DNA from: Trueperaceae bacterium
GTDB lineage: Bacteria; Deinococcota; Deinococci; Deinococcales; Trueperaceae
Length of the DNA: 64,000 bases
Assembly (NCBI GenBank): GCA_035703635.1
Contig: DASSXV010000074.1
Span: 1-64,000, forward strand
Direction: 5' to 3'
Shown: piece after piece, positions 1 through 10,046 of the stretch
Position numbering within the stretch: position 1 is the first letter of the stretch
Layout of the letters: each line of letters opens with the position of its first letter
Translations under genes and position numbers: made by a program
The notes under the pieces: generated by a model
What the model was told of the DNA's origin: nothing
Database searches by the model: none
The model's input: only the letters and a program-made list of their open reading frames with translations

Positions 1-150
1 GTGGGCGCCTCGTTCTCGCTCGGGCGCTCGACCGGCCAACTGACACTCGTTGGCCCTGCGCGCATGCGTTACCCGGCCGCGTTATCCGTGGCGCAGGGCC
101 TCGCGCTAGCGCTGGAACGCCCCGACGGCCGCACCGCGGCCAACAGCTGA
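1..150 (+). CDS. hrcA: Heat-inducible transcription repressor HrcA, C-terminal fragment (partial at window edge)
   Basis: Frame 1 reads ...TGQLTLVGPARMRYPAALSVAQGLA...TGA, matching the HrcA C-terminal G-x-L-x-V-GP-x-RM-x-Y motif. Confidence 0.7.
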   Translation: MGASFSLGRSTGQLTLVGPARMRYPAALSVAQGLALALERPDGRTAANS

Positions 151-271
151 CCTCACGGCGCGGTGCTCGGTCTCCAAGAGGCTACCCGAGTCGCTTCCCA
201 ACGGAATATCTCACAACCACGACGTGCCTCGCGGCACTATGCTCCGCAGCGGGGGAGGCGGAAGGAGGGGC

Positions 272-1291
272 ATGCCTAACGACGTTTACAGGTACACGCA
301 CGCGGCGCTATCGGCCCTCGTTTCGCCTCGTGTGGCTCACGCGATTCTCGAGGCCGCGATGGCCGCCAAGGGCCATGACAGCGACACCGTCACCACCAGC
401 GCGATGCGTCACCTGCTGGCTGGCAGGGTGCGCAAGGAGCTCAGCGGGAGCTTGCCCCGCGCAGGCCTAACGAGCACCCTAAAGCGCCTCGCCGACGAGC
501 TTGCCACCAACTCCGAACTCGGCGCTGGCCCTTCGGCGCCAGTCGCCGAGGCGCTGATCGCCGAGGTAGACGCCGAGCACGCCATGATCAGCCTCACGTC
601 CGAGCGGCTCATGGCGCAAGCGTCGCGCGCTGCGGTGGCCGTCGCCTCGCCAGCGGTCGCTGAGGCAGCGGTCGCTGAGGCAGCGGTCGCGGCGGCAGCG
701 GCCTCTACGGCATTGGTCGCTGAGACAGCGAGCGGTGCGGCAGTGGCAGAGCCACCGGAGGCTCAGTACGCCGCCGGCGCGCTAGCTCAGGGCGCTGAGG
801 TCGTCACCCCCCGCCTCGCACCTGTCACGGTTCTGCCGTACGCTCCGGCCGCCGGCGTCGGGCGCCTGCCTGGCCGAAACCTCGCCCAGCTTGCTGAGGC
901 CGGGGCAACGCCCGCGAAGTCGAAGCGCTCCGGCAAAGGTGCCCCTGCGCCAGCCAAGGTCATCGCTCGCCTGAGCGAGGAGGCGTTGAGCAAGGCGCTC
1001 CAGCTCTTCGGCGACATCGAGACGGTCCGGCAAGTGATCGTGGTCAGGCGCCAGGAAGTTGTCCTGGAGCGCGGCCACGGTATCGAAGCAGCGCGGCTCC
1101 CAGGTTTGGTACTTTCATCTCGTCACTTGTTGGCGCGCTCGGGAGACCTGCGCGCCTTTTCGGTCGAGCGCGCCGGTGGCGTTCTCTTCCTCTTCCCTTT
1201 CGGTGAGGACAGCGTAGTCGTCGTCACCAACGCCAACGTAAACATCGGTGCCGTACTGAACGCGCGCGCCGCTCTCGAGGAGGCTGCATGA
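272..1291 (+). CDS. Hypothetical protein: helical N-terminal domain, Ala/Pro-rich linker, probable Roadblock/LC7-like C-terminal domain
   Basis: AAGGAGG RBS before ATG at 272; C-terminal helix-strand pattern (VRQVIVV...VLFLFPFGEDSVVVVTNANVNIGAVL) is Roadblock-like. Confidence 0.55.
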   Translation: MPNDVYRYTHAALSALVSPRVAHAILEAAMAAKGHDSDTVTTSAMRHLLAGRVRKELSGSLPRAGLTSTLKRLADELATNSELGAGPSAPVAEALIAEVDAEHAMISLTSERLMAQASRAAVAVASPAVAEAAVAEAAVAAAAASTALVAETASGAAVAEPPEAQYAAGALAQGAEVVTPRLAPVTVLPYAPAAGVGRLPGRNLAQLAEAGATPAKSKRSGKGAPAPAKVIARLSEEALSKALQLFGDIETVRQVIVVRRQEVVLERGHGIEAARLPGLVLSSRHLLARSGDLRAFSVERAGGVLFLFPFGEDSVVVVTNANVNIGAVLNARAALEEAA

Positions 1292-3228
1292 TACGGCGTC
1301 AACTGATTCTCGCTACTGGTGTCTTGGTGGTGCTCACCTGCCTGAGCGGGGCCTTCGCGCAAGGCGATTCCGTGCTCCAACGTTACGACCTCGCCATCGA
1401 GAACCTGCAGGTGGCGTCGGCAAGCGTGCCGCAAGACGGCGCGCAGGCACGTGACGAACTCGAGCGCGCCCTCAACGCGCTCCTGACCCTCTCGCGCGAC
1501 GCCACTAGCACCAGCCTCGTGCAGGCGATGGAGCGCACCTTCGAGCGCACGCGCGTCGCCGTCGACAACCAAAGCAAGACGGACATCGCCGTTCAGACGG
1601 CAGTACTAGCCGGTGGTTTCAGCCGCCTCGTCATGGATTCCGCTTACCTGGCCGCCAGCAACGGTGACCTCGACACGGCACGCGGGCGCCTCCAGCACCT
1701 CGCCCAACGGTTGAGCTTCGCGCAAGGCGACCAGGCCGCGCTGGCGGCGGCTACGACGGCCGCTGGGTTACGACTGGCGTTCGAGGCCGGCGCAGCGGGA
1801 GCCATCTCCACCGAGTTGACCACCGCAGACGGCCTGGTGGCAACGGAGCCCGACGCCGCGTACGTGAGGCTCGCCAAGGCGTACGGCGAGTCCTTGCTCG
1901 TTCAGGACTCCCCACGCGTTGACGCATCCCTCAACCGCAACCTCGTCGGCGCCGCGCAGGCGCTCGTCGCCAACGACGCCGCCGCCTTGGCAACCGCAGC
2001 GGAGGCTGCTCAAGCGAGCCTAAGCAGCCTGGCGAGCGCAGCGCGAAGCGGCTCGGAAGGCACGCCTGCCTCCGAGGGTCCGCTCTCCTCTCCCGCCCCG
2101 GAAGAACTGCCAACCCTAGCTGAAACACCGAGCAGCGACACGCCTGAAGCCGGTGCGGCTCCTGCCGCTACGCACGACGAGCATGCCGCCACGAGCGCGG
2201 CCGAGCCACAAGGCACCGCGCCGGAGAGTGCCGCCACCAGCGCCGCCGCTACAGACGCCGCGGTAGCGGCCGCGACGGCTCCGGGCGAGTCCGCTGCCGC
2301 CGTCGACGAGAGCACCCTGGAAGCCGCCGTCGCGGCCCGCGTGCTGGCACTAACCGAAGAGGCGAAGCAGGCCAAGCTCGACGGCCTGACCCGGGAGCTC
2401 ACCGCTGCCGGGCTTCCGCCTCAGTTCGCTGGCGCCACGGCTACCCGCCTCGCCGCCCGCGGATACGACGCCCTGTCAGGCGTGTTCGAGCAGCTCGAGG
2501 CTGCTGCTGGCCGTGTGGTTGCCAGCGTTGGCCGCGGTGACGCGTCAAGCGCACGCACCGCGCTCGCCGACCTTAGCGCCAGCTACCAACAGGACGTCGC
2601 CCCCGTGATCGACCAGATCGATCCTAGCCTCGGGCAGTCGACGACCGCGCTCCTGACGTCCCTCAAGGACAGCCAACGCCTCACGCAGGCCGACGCCGGC
2701 CTCCTCGCGGCGCGCACGGCGGTCATCCGGGACGCATACGCTGGCGCGGCGCCCACCGCCGCCGACAACGTCGAAGGCGGCGTAGCCAAGTTCTGGTCGG
2801 GCATGACGCGGAGTGTCGTCTTCCTCATCCTGGGCATCCTCGCCATCTTCCCGCTCGTGCTGCTGAACATGGCGTTCGGTGGTAGCAACCGCAACTGGCG
2901 CCTCGTCGGCTGGGCGCTCTTCCTCCTGCTCGTGCCCGTCTTCTACGAGGGCGTCCTTGGGCTCGTCGACCTCCTCGGCAGCGTCGTCGACATGAGTTGG
3001 TTCCCCGACCTGACGCGCTGGTCGATGTTCGACAGCCTGACCGGCCAGGTCGGCTGGTCCTTCCTCGTCCTCATCGCGCTGATCCTCGCCATCGTCGGCC
3101 TGCGCGGCATCTGCGTTCAGTTCGGTCTCCTCGGCGGCGGCAAGAAGAGCAGTCCGAGCAAGGCGCCTGCCGTGGCTGCCAAGGGCAACACCGGTCACAC
3201 CACCATCGACTGGGACGAGGAGTTCTGA
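1288..3228 (+). CDS. Hypothetical exported membrane protein (signal peptide, large helical extracytoplasmic region, 3 C-terminal TM helices)
   Basis: N-terminal signal ending AFA; three hydrophobic segments near the C-terminus; ATGA overlap with the upstream gene. Confidence 0.75.
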   Translation: MIRRQLILATGVLVVLTCLSGAFAQGDSVLQRYDLAIENLQVASASVPQDGAQARDELERALNALLTLSRDATSTSLVQAMERTFERTRVAVDNQSKTDIAVQTAVLAGGFSRLVMDSAYLAASNGDLDTARGRLQHLAQRLSFAQGDQAALAAATTAAGLRLAFEAGAAGAISTELTTADGLVATEPDAAYVRLAKAYGESLLVQDSPRVDASLNRNLVGAAQALVANDAAALATAAEAAQASLSSLASAARSGSEGTPASEGPLSSPAPEELPTLAETPSSDTPEAGAAPAATHDEHAATSAAEPQGTAPESAATSAAATDAAVAAATAPGESAAAVDESTLEAAVAARVLALTEEAKQAKLDGLTRELTAAGLPPQFAGATATRLAARGYDALSGVFEQLEAAAGRVVASVGRGDASSARTALADLSASYQQDVAPVIDQIDPSLGQSTTALLTSLKDSQRLTQADAGLLAARTAVIRDAYAGAAPTAADNVEGGVAKFWSGMTRSVVFLILGILAIFPLVLLNMAFGGSNRNWRLVGWALFLLLVPVFYEGVLGLVDLLGSVVDMSWFPDLTRWSMFDSLTGQVGWSFLVLIALILAIVGLRGICVQFGLLGGGKKSSPSKAPAVAAKGNTGHTTIDWDEEF

Positions 3229-3289
3229 ACATGAACCGCGTGGTTGACAGGGGTATGCCCACCAAGGGCGCCCGCCGGACTAGAGCGCG

Positions 3290-6070
3290 ATGAGCGTTCT
3301 CGTCAACCCTGTCTACCAGACTGCCGTAACAGAACTCGAGCAGGTCCTGTCGCCGCGCATCGTGTCGCGGGCGCTCAAGGACGGCCTCAGGCAGCTCGGG
3401 CGCTCGCCAGATACGGCCGACCTCAGCGACATCGAGAAGGTCATGAAGTCGCATGTGTACCGCCAACTACAGGTGCTCATGCCGGTAACGCAAGCCAAGG
3501 ACACGGTGGCGGGCATCCTGGAGCGCCTCGCTGCATCCGCTGCCGGAGCGAGCACGCCCGCGGAGGGCGGCGGTCTCGAAGCTCAAGGTGAGCGCCTCAG
3601 CGTTCTGCAGTCAGAGCTGAAACCGTTCAACCTCTACTTCGAGTGGCCCGAAGTGCAGAAGCTCCGCGCCCAAGTGCAGTTCGTTGAGAGCGACCACGCG
3701 GCTGGCCGCGAAGCACCGGGGCTACTCGGTGAGGCAGAGAGCCAGTTGGCGGTCGTCAAGCAGAAGCTCGAGGACCAACTCGTGCTGCAGGCCCGCGACC
3801 TGGTCGTAGTCAAGGACGCACTTGACCAGGTGCGTGGTAGCAACGACCCGCGTGAGCGGCGCCTCGAGACGCTCGTCAACCAGGTCGTGGCCGCGCAAGA
3901 GCAACGCCACCTCGTGCAGGCCGAACTGGAGCGCGCTCACCGCTTGGCACGCGAGCTCCTCAAGGCCCAGGCTGGTCGCGAGGACGGCCAGCAGCCGCCA
4001 GCAGCCGCCGCGCATGACTCGCCCACAGAGCGCTCCGGCGCACTTGAACAGCCGCTGGCGGCGACGCGCGTCGACCTCGCAGACAACACAGACGACTTAG
4101 GGCGCACCCACGATCAGCCAAGCGAGGGTGACGAGGCCGTAGGACGAGTCCACCGCCTCGACATCGACGGTGAACTGCACGACCTCCGCACCCTCGAGAG
4201 CGACCACGCCAACCTGCTCGAGTACCTCCCCGAACTAGGCGCGCACATCAGCGAGTTGCGCGCGGAGTTGGAGGCCGAGCGCTCGGTGGCTAGCGTCCTC
4301 TCCGGCATGCGAACCGACCTCGAGGCAAGTGCCGTCGCGTTGCGCGACGACCTGCGCGAGGAGCTGGAGGAGCTAAGCGCTGCCCTCGCCGGGATGCGCC
4401 AAGACGTCGGGACTTCCGAACTCGATCAGGCCCTGCGCGTCACCCTCGGCATCCTCGGCACTGGGCTTCCTAACCGCTCGGACGTGGAGCACGTCAGGCG
4501 CCTCTACCAGCTCGTCCGCGAGCAAGAGGAGGTCCTCAAGCGCGAGGACGAGCAGCGCGCCGCCGGCCTCGCGGAGCAAGCCGAACTCATCGAGCGCCTG
4601 GAGATGACGCTCCTAAACCGCGAAGGCGACGAGGACGTGCGCGAGGAAGTCGAGCGGCTACGCGCCGAGTTCGATCACTTGCGCTTGGCGCATTCGCAGA
4701 ACGCCGTCGCCCACGAGCTAGTGTCCTCGGCTCGCCAGGCGGAGGAGGCGCTGGCACGCAGCCTCGCGGCGCGCGCAACGGAGGAGTCCGAGAGGCTCTT
4801 AGCGCAACTGACCGCCCTTCGCGCCAAGCTCGAGCGCCTGCCGGTCACGGCCACCGTCACCGACCGCGCCGCCGCGCTGCGTAGCGAAGTGCAGCGGCTG
4901 CTGCAGGCGCAGGAGAACGCCGCGGCCGTTGCCGGGCTGCTCCTAGACGACGTCACCGCCCCGCCAGCACTGGACGAGGCTGAACTTGAGGCTCTCGGCA
5001 CCGAGATCGAGGCGCTCCGCCTCGAGCTGACGAGCAGCTTGCGCAGTCGGCTCATGCGCCTGGCCGAGGAAGCTACCGAGCTAGGCAACCACCCGCTCAT
5101 CGAGCACATCCAACGCGCCCTCCTTGGCCTCGAACTCGACCGCTATCCCGACCTCGCGCAGTTCCAGGCCGCGTTGCGGCAGGAGCGCGAGGCGCACCGC
5201 CAGGAGCAACTCGACGAGTTCAAGCGGTTATCGCAGGACGCGGCACCGTTCGAGAACCTCGACAGCGGCGCCGAGCTGAAGACGCTGCTGGCAGACGCCC
5301 GCGCGCGCATCGAGGCTGGCGAGCCAGCGCAGACGCTGAAGCGCGCTGCCGAGCTCGTCAAGGACCTCGAGCAGCAGGCGGACGCGCGCTTGGCTGGCCT
5401 GCCTGCTCGCCTAGACGCGGCCCTCATCGCGCTGGAGCCGGTATCGAAGCTCAACAGCGACGGGGTGACGACGGTGCGGCGCATCCTCTACCATCTCGAC
5501 TCGCAGCGCGACGCCCTCCCGCGCCTGTCCCGCGGGTTGCAACTGCAGCTCGAGCAGGCGCTCAGCCAGTCAGAGCGCATGCTTGTCGACCTTCGCAGCG
5601 AGTACGAGGCCACGCGCCTCGTTGCTGACCAGGTAGTCGCGGGCGGGCTGCTTGACGGCGTCCTCGGCTTCTTCAAGTCCCCAACCGACGAGCATGCGCC
5701 AACGACCGAACGTAGCTCGTTCTCGCGCGCGGCAGTGTTGGCCGATTACCTGGCTGAGAAACACGTCGAGGCGGGCGCGTGGACCGACGCGGCCGGCGAG
5801 TTGTTGGCAGGCGACGCAGAGGTGGTAGCGGCCGGCGGCGGCGCCCTCACCGCACTAGGGGCCGCGGTCGCCGCCGTGCTGCCTGAGACGAGCACCGCCT
5901 GCCTCCAGACCGACGCCGCGGCGTTGGTCATCGCGTGGCTGCCCAACGGCGAGCGCCTCGTTCTCCAACTAGCCGAGCCGGACTTGGCTGGTCTGATGGT
6001 CAACCGGGTAAGGCGCGACGCCACCACCTGGCCACTGGCGGCTGAGCCGTCGCGCGCCTTCGGCGTGTGA
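3290..6070 (+). CDS. Long coiled-coil protein with an N-terminal domain paralogous to the 272..1291 product and a possible C-terminal Roadblock-like domain
   Basis: 926-aa E/L/R/A-rich helical ORF with host-like codon usage. Confidence 0.75.
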   Translation: MSVLVNPVYQTAVTELEQVLSPRIVSRALKDGLRQLGRSPDTADLSDIEKVMKSHVYRQLQVLMPVTQAKDTVAGILERLAASAAGASTPAEGGGLEAQGERLSVLQSELKPFNLYFEWPEVQKLRAQVQFVESDHAAGREAPGLLGEAESQLAVVKQKLEDQLVLQARDLVVVKDALDQVRGSNDPRERRLETLVNQVVAAQEQRHLVQAELERAHRLARELLKAQAGREDGQQPPAAAAHDSPTERSGALEQPLAATRVDLADNTDDLGRTHDQPSEGDEAVGRVHRLDIDGELHDLRTLESDHANLLEYLPELGAHISELRAELEAERSVASVLSGMRTDLEASAVALRDDLREELEELSAALAGMRQDVGTSELDQALRVTLGILGTGLPNRSDVEHVRRLYQLVREQEEVLKREDEQRAAGLAEQAELIERLEMTLLNREGDEDVREEVERLRAEFDHLRLAHSQNAVAHELVSSARQAEEALARSLAARATEESERLLAQLTALRAKLERLPVTATVTDRAAALRSEVQRLLQAQENAAAVAGLLLDDVTAPPALDEAELEALGTEIEALRLELTSSLRSRLMRLAEEATELGNHPLIEHIQRALLGLELDRYPDLAQFQAALRQEREAHRQEQLDEFKRLSQDAAPFENLDSGAELKTLLADARARIEAGEPAQTLKRAAELVKDLEQQADARLAGLPARLDAALIALEPVSKLNSDGVTTVRRILYHLDSQRDALPRLSRGLQLQLEQALSQSERMLVDLRSEYEATRLVADQVVAGGLLDGVLGFFKSPTDEHAPTTERSSFSRAAVLADYLAEKHVEAGAWTDAAGELLAGDAEVVAAGGGALTALGAAVAAVLPETSTACLQTDAAALVIAWLPNGERLVLQLAEPDLAGLMVNRVRRDATTWPLAAEPSRAFGV

Positions 6071-6543
6071 GCACGGCCGGGGCGCAAGACCTGCCGCTAG
6101 GCGCCGAGGAGGTAACCGACCTCGAGGACACGCGCGCGCTGGCGCGCTCCGTAGCGGCCGCGCTGCCAAGCGGCGCGCTCCTGCTCCTCTCGGGGCCACT
6201 TGGCGCAGGCAAGACCACGTTCACGCAGGCCGTCGCGGCCGCGCTCGGCGTCACGGCGCCGGTGACGAGTCCGACTTACACCCTCGCGCACGAGTACCCC
6301 TCCCCCGCAGGCACGCTCGTGCACTTGGACGCTTACCGTCTCGGCGGCGGCGCGCCGTTGGCTGGCGCCATGCTCGATGACTACCTCGAACACGCGCGCC
6401 TCGTGGTCGTGGAGTGGGGCGAGGACCTGCTAGGCGAGTACCCGGACGCCTGGTGGCTCGAGTTCGGCTTCCTCGACTCCCTGGCCAGCCCCGACCCAGA
6501 GGCGGCCAGGCGGCGGTACGCGCTGTGGCGCCACCGCCCATGA
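6067..6543 (+). CDS. tsaE: tRNA t6A biosynthesis ATPase TsaE
   Basis: GPLGAGKTTF Walker A, VTSPTYTL, HLDAYRL and VVVEWGE motifs. Confidence 0.93.
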   Translation: MSTAGAQDLPLGAEEVTDLEDTRALARSVAAALPSGALLLLSGPLGAGKTTFTQAVAAALGVTAPVTSPTYTLAHEYPSPAGTLVHLDAYRLGGGAPLAGAMLDDYLEHARLVVVEWGEDLLGEYPDAWWLEFGFLDSLASPDPEAARRRYALWRHRP

Positions 6544-7121
6544 GCGCCGCCCCCGACTTGCGCCTCGGCATCGACTGCGCCACCAGCTACCTCGCCATCG
6601 CCGTCGTCAGCCCAACGGCAGGCGTATTGGCGAGTGCTGCGGAAGACGTCGGGAGGGCGCATGCTGCGCAGCTGCTCGACGCGCTAACTAGGCTCTTGGC
6701 CGGCGCGGGCGTCGCCAAGCACGACATCGGCATGATCGGCGTTGGCGTCGGCCCCGGCTCCTACACGGGCGTGCGCGTGGCCGTTGCCAGCGCAACAGGG
6801 CTAAGCAGCGCCTTGGGCGTGCCGCTAGCCGGCGTCTCGAGCCTCGTCGCCCTGGCCGGCTACCATGCGGACATGGGTGAGGAGATCGTGGCGCTCAGTG
6901 ACGCACGCCGCGGCAACTGCTACGCGCAACGCTTGCGGCGCTCGCCGACTCCTGAGTGGCTGGCCCGTTACCAGGAGCTCGACGAACCGCGCAAACTCGC
7001 ACGCGAGGCCTTGGCCGTGACGTACCCGGGCTTGCGACAGGTCGAGGGCGTCGCGCCCGACGCCGCCGCCGTCGCGTGGGCGGCAACGCCGGGCCGCGAG
7101 GTCAGTCCCTACTACCTCTAA
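6540..7121 (+). CDS. tsaB: tRNA t6A biosynthesis protein TsaB
   Basis: LGIDCAT, GVGPGSYTGVRV and DARRG motifs; ATG at 6540 overlaps the tsaE stop. Confidence 0.92.
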   Translation: MSAAPDLRLGIDCATSYLAIAVVSPTAGVLASAAEDVGRAHAAQLLDALTRLLAGAGVAKHDIGMIGVGVGPGSYTGVRVAVASATGLSSALGVPLAGVSSLVALAGYHADMGEEIVALSDARRGNCYAQRLRRSPTPEWLARYQELDEPRKLAREALAVTYPGLRQVEGVAPDAAAVAWAATPGREVSPYYL

Positions 7122-7263
7122 GTGGCGTTATACTGCCTCACCGCGAGACGTCGGCGTCTTCGTGGACCGCAACCGCCTGCCTCGCCCATCTAACGGACGC
7201 TAAGGCGTCGGAGCGGCCCCGGCGACGTCGTTGAGCCGTGAGCCCCAAGGGGCGGGAGTGAGC

Positions 7264-8301
7264 ATGTTCTTCAAACTCGGACAAGAGATGGGGGTCGACC
7301 TAGGTACGGCGACCGTCCTCATCTACGTGAAAGGCAAAGGCATAATGCTGCGCGAGCCGTCGGTCATCGCCATGGTGCGCGATACGGGCGAGGTGAAGGC
7401 CGTGGGCGAGGAAGCCTACCGCATGCTCGGCAGGACGCCTGGCAACATCGTCGCAGTGCGCCCGATGCGTGACGGCGTGATCGCCGACTACGACTTAACC
7501 GAAAAGATGCTGCAGGCGTTCGTACGCAAAGTGCTTACGGGGCCGAGCAGGCTATTCAAGCCGCAGATCATGGTGTGCGTGCCGTCTGGCGTCACCGAGG
7601 TGGAGCGCCGCGCGGTGCTGCAGGCGACGCGTGAGGTCGGGGCGCGCAAGGCGTTCCTGATCGAGGAGCCGCTTGCGGCTGCCATCGGCGCGGGGGTGAA
7701 GATCGCGGAGCCAACCGGCTCGATGATCGTCGACGTCGGCGGCGGCACGACTGACATCGCCATCATCTCCCTCGGCGGCATCGTCGTCTCCGAATCGTTG
7801 CGCATCGCTGGCAACGAGTTCGACGAGTCGATCATCCGCTACATCCGCCACAAGGAGAACCTCCTCATCGGCGACCGCACGGCGGAGAACGTCAAGACGC
7901 AAGTCGGCGCCGCGATGCTGCGCGGGCCGGATGACGACGTGAGCATGGAAGTCCGCGGCCGCGACCTCATCAACGGCCTCCCCAAGAGCATCACGGTCAC
8001 GACGCGCGACGTTGTCGAGGCCCTCAAGGAGCCGATCGCCAAGATCGCAGACGGCGTGAGGCGCGTTCTCGAGCAGGCGCCACCTGAACTCGTCAGCGAC
8101 GTCATCGACCGCGGCATCATCATGACTGGCGGCGGGGCGCTGCTGCGCAACTTCGACGAGTTGCTGCGCGAAACCACCGGCATCCCGGTCATGGTGGCGG
8201 AGAACGCCACCGAGTCCGTCGCGCTCGGCACCGGCCAGGCGCTCGACATGATCCACGTACTGCAAGACGCGCTCATCTCAGACCACTTCTTGAGGCGCTG
8301 A
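7264..8301 (+). CDS. mreB: Rod shape-determining actin-like protein MreB
   Basis: GVDLGTA, EPSVIA, IEEPLAAAIGAG, DVGGGTTD and TGGGALL motifs. Confidence 0.96.
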   Translation: MFFKLGQEMGVDLGTATVLIYVKGKGIMLREPSVIAMVRDTGEVKAVGEEAYRMLGRTPGNIVAVRPMRDGVIADYDLTEKMLQAFVRKVLTGPSRLFKPQIMVCVPSGVTEVERRAVLQATREVGARKAFLIEEPLAAAIGAGVKIAEPTGSMIVDVGGGTTDIAIISLGGIVVSESLRIAGNEFDESIIRYIRHKENLLIGDRTAENVKTQVGAAMLRGPDDDVSMEVRGRDLINGLPKSITVTTRDVVEALKEPIAKIADGVRRVLEQAPPELVSDVIDRGIIMTGGGALLRNFDELLRETTGIPVMVAENATESVALGTGQALDMIHVLQDALISDHFLRR

Positions 8302-8303
8302 GA

Positions 8304-10046
8304 GTGGCGGCGCACAAGCGCGCCGCGCGTCAAAGTCACCGGGCCAAGGGCCGGAGCCTCGGCTTCGGCCTTGGCTTCGCCGTGCTAGTCAGTTTCGCGC
8401 TGGCGCAGGCGCCGCGGGGCCAAGTGACCGACCTGAGCGTCGAGCGACTCGTCGTCGGCGACAAGGGTTACGCCGTTACAGCGGGGGCGGGCAACGTCCT
8501 CGAACGTTTCCCGGTCGAGGTGATCGGCGTGCAGTGGGATGGCGGCGCAGGCTTCCCACTCGTCCTCGTGCGCGCTAGCGGCCCGTTCATCGAGGCCACC
8601 GGTGGTGTCGCGGCTGGCATGAGCGGCAGCCCCGTCTACATCGTCACCGAAGGGGGTGACGCCCTCATCGGCGCCATCGGTTACGTGTTCCCGCGCGCAG
8701 ACCACGACTTGGCGTTGGTAACGCCCATCGGAGTCATGCGCAAGGCAGTTACCGAGCGCATGCCTCCTTTCGTCGAAGTGCCAGGCGTTGGCGTCGCCGT
8801 GCCCGCCGCCACGCCGATCCTCATGACCGGCGTGTCTGCACGCGCGGCGCAACTCTTGGGGCCGCTCGTCAAGGACACGCGCTTCGAACTCTTTAGCGCG
8901 CAGGGCGGCGGCGGGGTCCTGCCGCCTGGCACACCGCTGGCCAGCGAGCTCGTGCCCGGCTCACCGCTGGCCGTCTCCCTCGCGTGGGGCGACGTGAGCA
9001 TTCAGGCGATCGGCACCGTCACCACGGTGGAAGGCGACCAGGTCCTCGCGTTCGGGCACCCATTCCTCGGCCTAGGCGAGGTGGCCTTCCCCATCGCCCC
9101 GGCCCACATCACCGCCATCGTGCCTAGCACGGAGGTGCCTTTCAAGCTCGCGAACGCCGGCACTGCCGTCCTCGGCGCCATCGAGCAGGACCGACCTGGC
9201 GCCATCGCTGGGCGTCTCGGGGTGGCGCCTGCAAGCGTGCGCGTCGAGCTTAGCCTGGTCGGCAGCGGACCCGCCACGACCTACGCGTTCGAGACCGCGG
9301 CCGACGACCGCCTCTACCCGAACATCGTCGGAAGCGGCGTGCTTGCCCTCCTCGACCGCTACCTTGGCGCCACGACCGGCGGCTACGCAGAGGTGGCGTG
9401 GGAGATCGGCCTGGCTAGTGGAGAGCGCGTCAACGTGCTCGAGCAGACCAACGACCCTGACGACATCGCTTATCGGGCCGCCGTCCTCGCGTTCTCACCA
9501 CTAGCCATCCTGGCGAGCAACCAGTTCAGCGAGAGCAACGTCACGCAGGTGGCGCTGGCCATCCGCATCGACGACAGGCAGCGCGTCGCCTCCCTTGAGG
9601 AGGCCGTCGCCGAGGAACCGGTCGTCACGGCGGGCGAGAACGCCATCGTCCACTTGCGCTTGCAGCCGTACAGGCAGAGCGCCATCGTGAGGAACATCAG
9701 CGTTCCGCTACCAGCCGACCTAGAGGGTGAGGTAACGCTGCTCATCCGCGGCGGCGACGTCGCGCGTGACACGGGCGACGCCGACGTCGACGAGCAAGAA
9801 GTCGACCGGCCCCGCTCGTACCGCGAGCTCCTCGACGCGTTGCGGCAGCAAGTGCAGGCAAGCGAGCTCGTCGTGGAGGTAGTGACGCCAGACGGCAAGG
9901 TGCTGCGGCTGCTGCGCACGCCGTTCGCGTTCGTAGTGGAAGGCAGGGAGAGCCTCGACCTCACGGTGGCCGCGCCGGCGAGCGCACCGAGTGAGGACGA
10001 CGCCGAAAGTGGGGGCCTCCCACCGGAAGGCGGCAGTGATGAGTGA
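8304..10046 (+). CDS. Exported SpoIVB-like peptidase (family S55)
   Basis: GGVAAGMSGSPVY catalytic-Ser motif, AFGHPF, signal peptide. Confidence 0.85.
   Translation: MAAHKRAARQSHRAKGRSLGFGLGFAVLVSFALAQAPRGQVTDLSVERLVVGDKGYAVTAGAGNVLERFPVEVIGVQWDGGAGFPLVLVRASGPFIEATGGVAAGMSGSPVYIVTEGGDALIGAIGYVFPRADHDLALVTPIGVMRKAVTERMPPFVEVPGVGVAVPAATPILMTGVSARAAQLLGPLVKDTRFELFSAQGGGGVLPPGTPLASELVPGSPLAVSLAWGDVSIQAIGTVTTVEGDQVLAFGHPFLGLGEVAFPIAPAHITAIVPSTEVPFKLANAGTAVLGAIEQDRPGAIAGRLGVAPASVRVELSLVGSGPATTYAFETAADDRLYPNIVGSGVLALLDRYLGATTGGYAEVAWEIGLASGERVNVLEQTNDPDDIAYRAAVLAFSPLAILASNQFSESNVTQVALAIRIDDRQRVASLEEAVAEEPVVTAGENAIVHLRLQPYRQSAIVRNISVPLPADLEGEVTLLIRGGDVARDTGDADVDEQEVDRPRSYRELLDALRQQVQASELVVEVVTPDGKVLRLLRTPFAFVVEGRESLDLTVAAPASAPSEDDAESGGLPPEGGSDE

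Noticed and set aside
651-700. 15-nt tandem repeat CAGCGGTCGCTGAGG
   Set aside because: In-frame coding repeat (AVAEA) within a low-complexity linker
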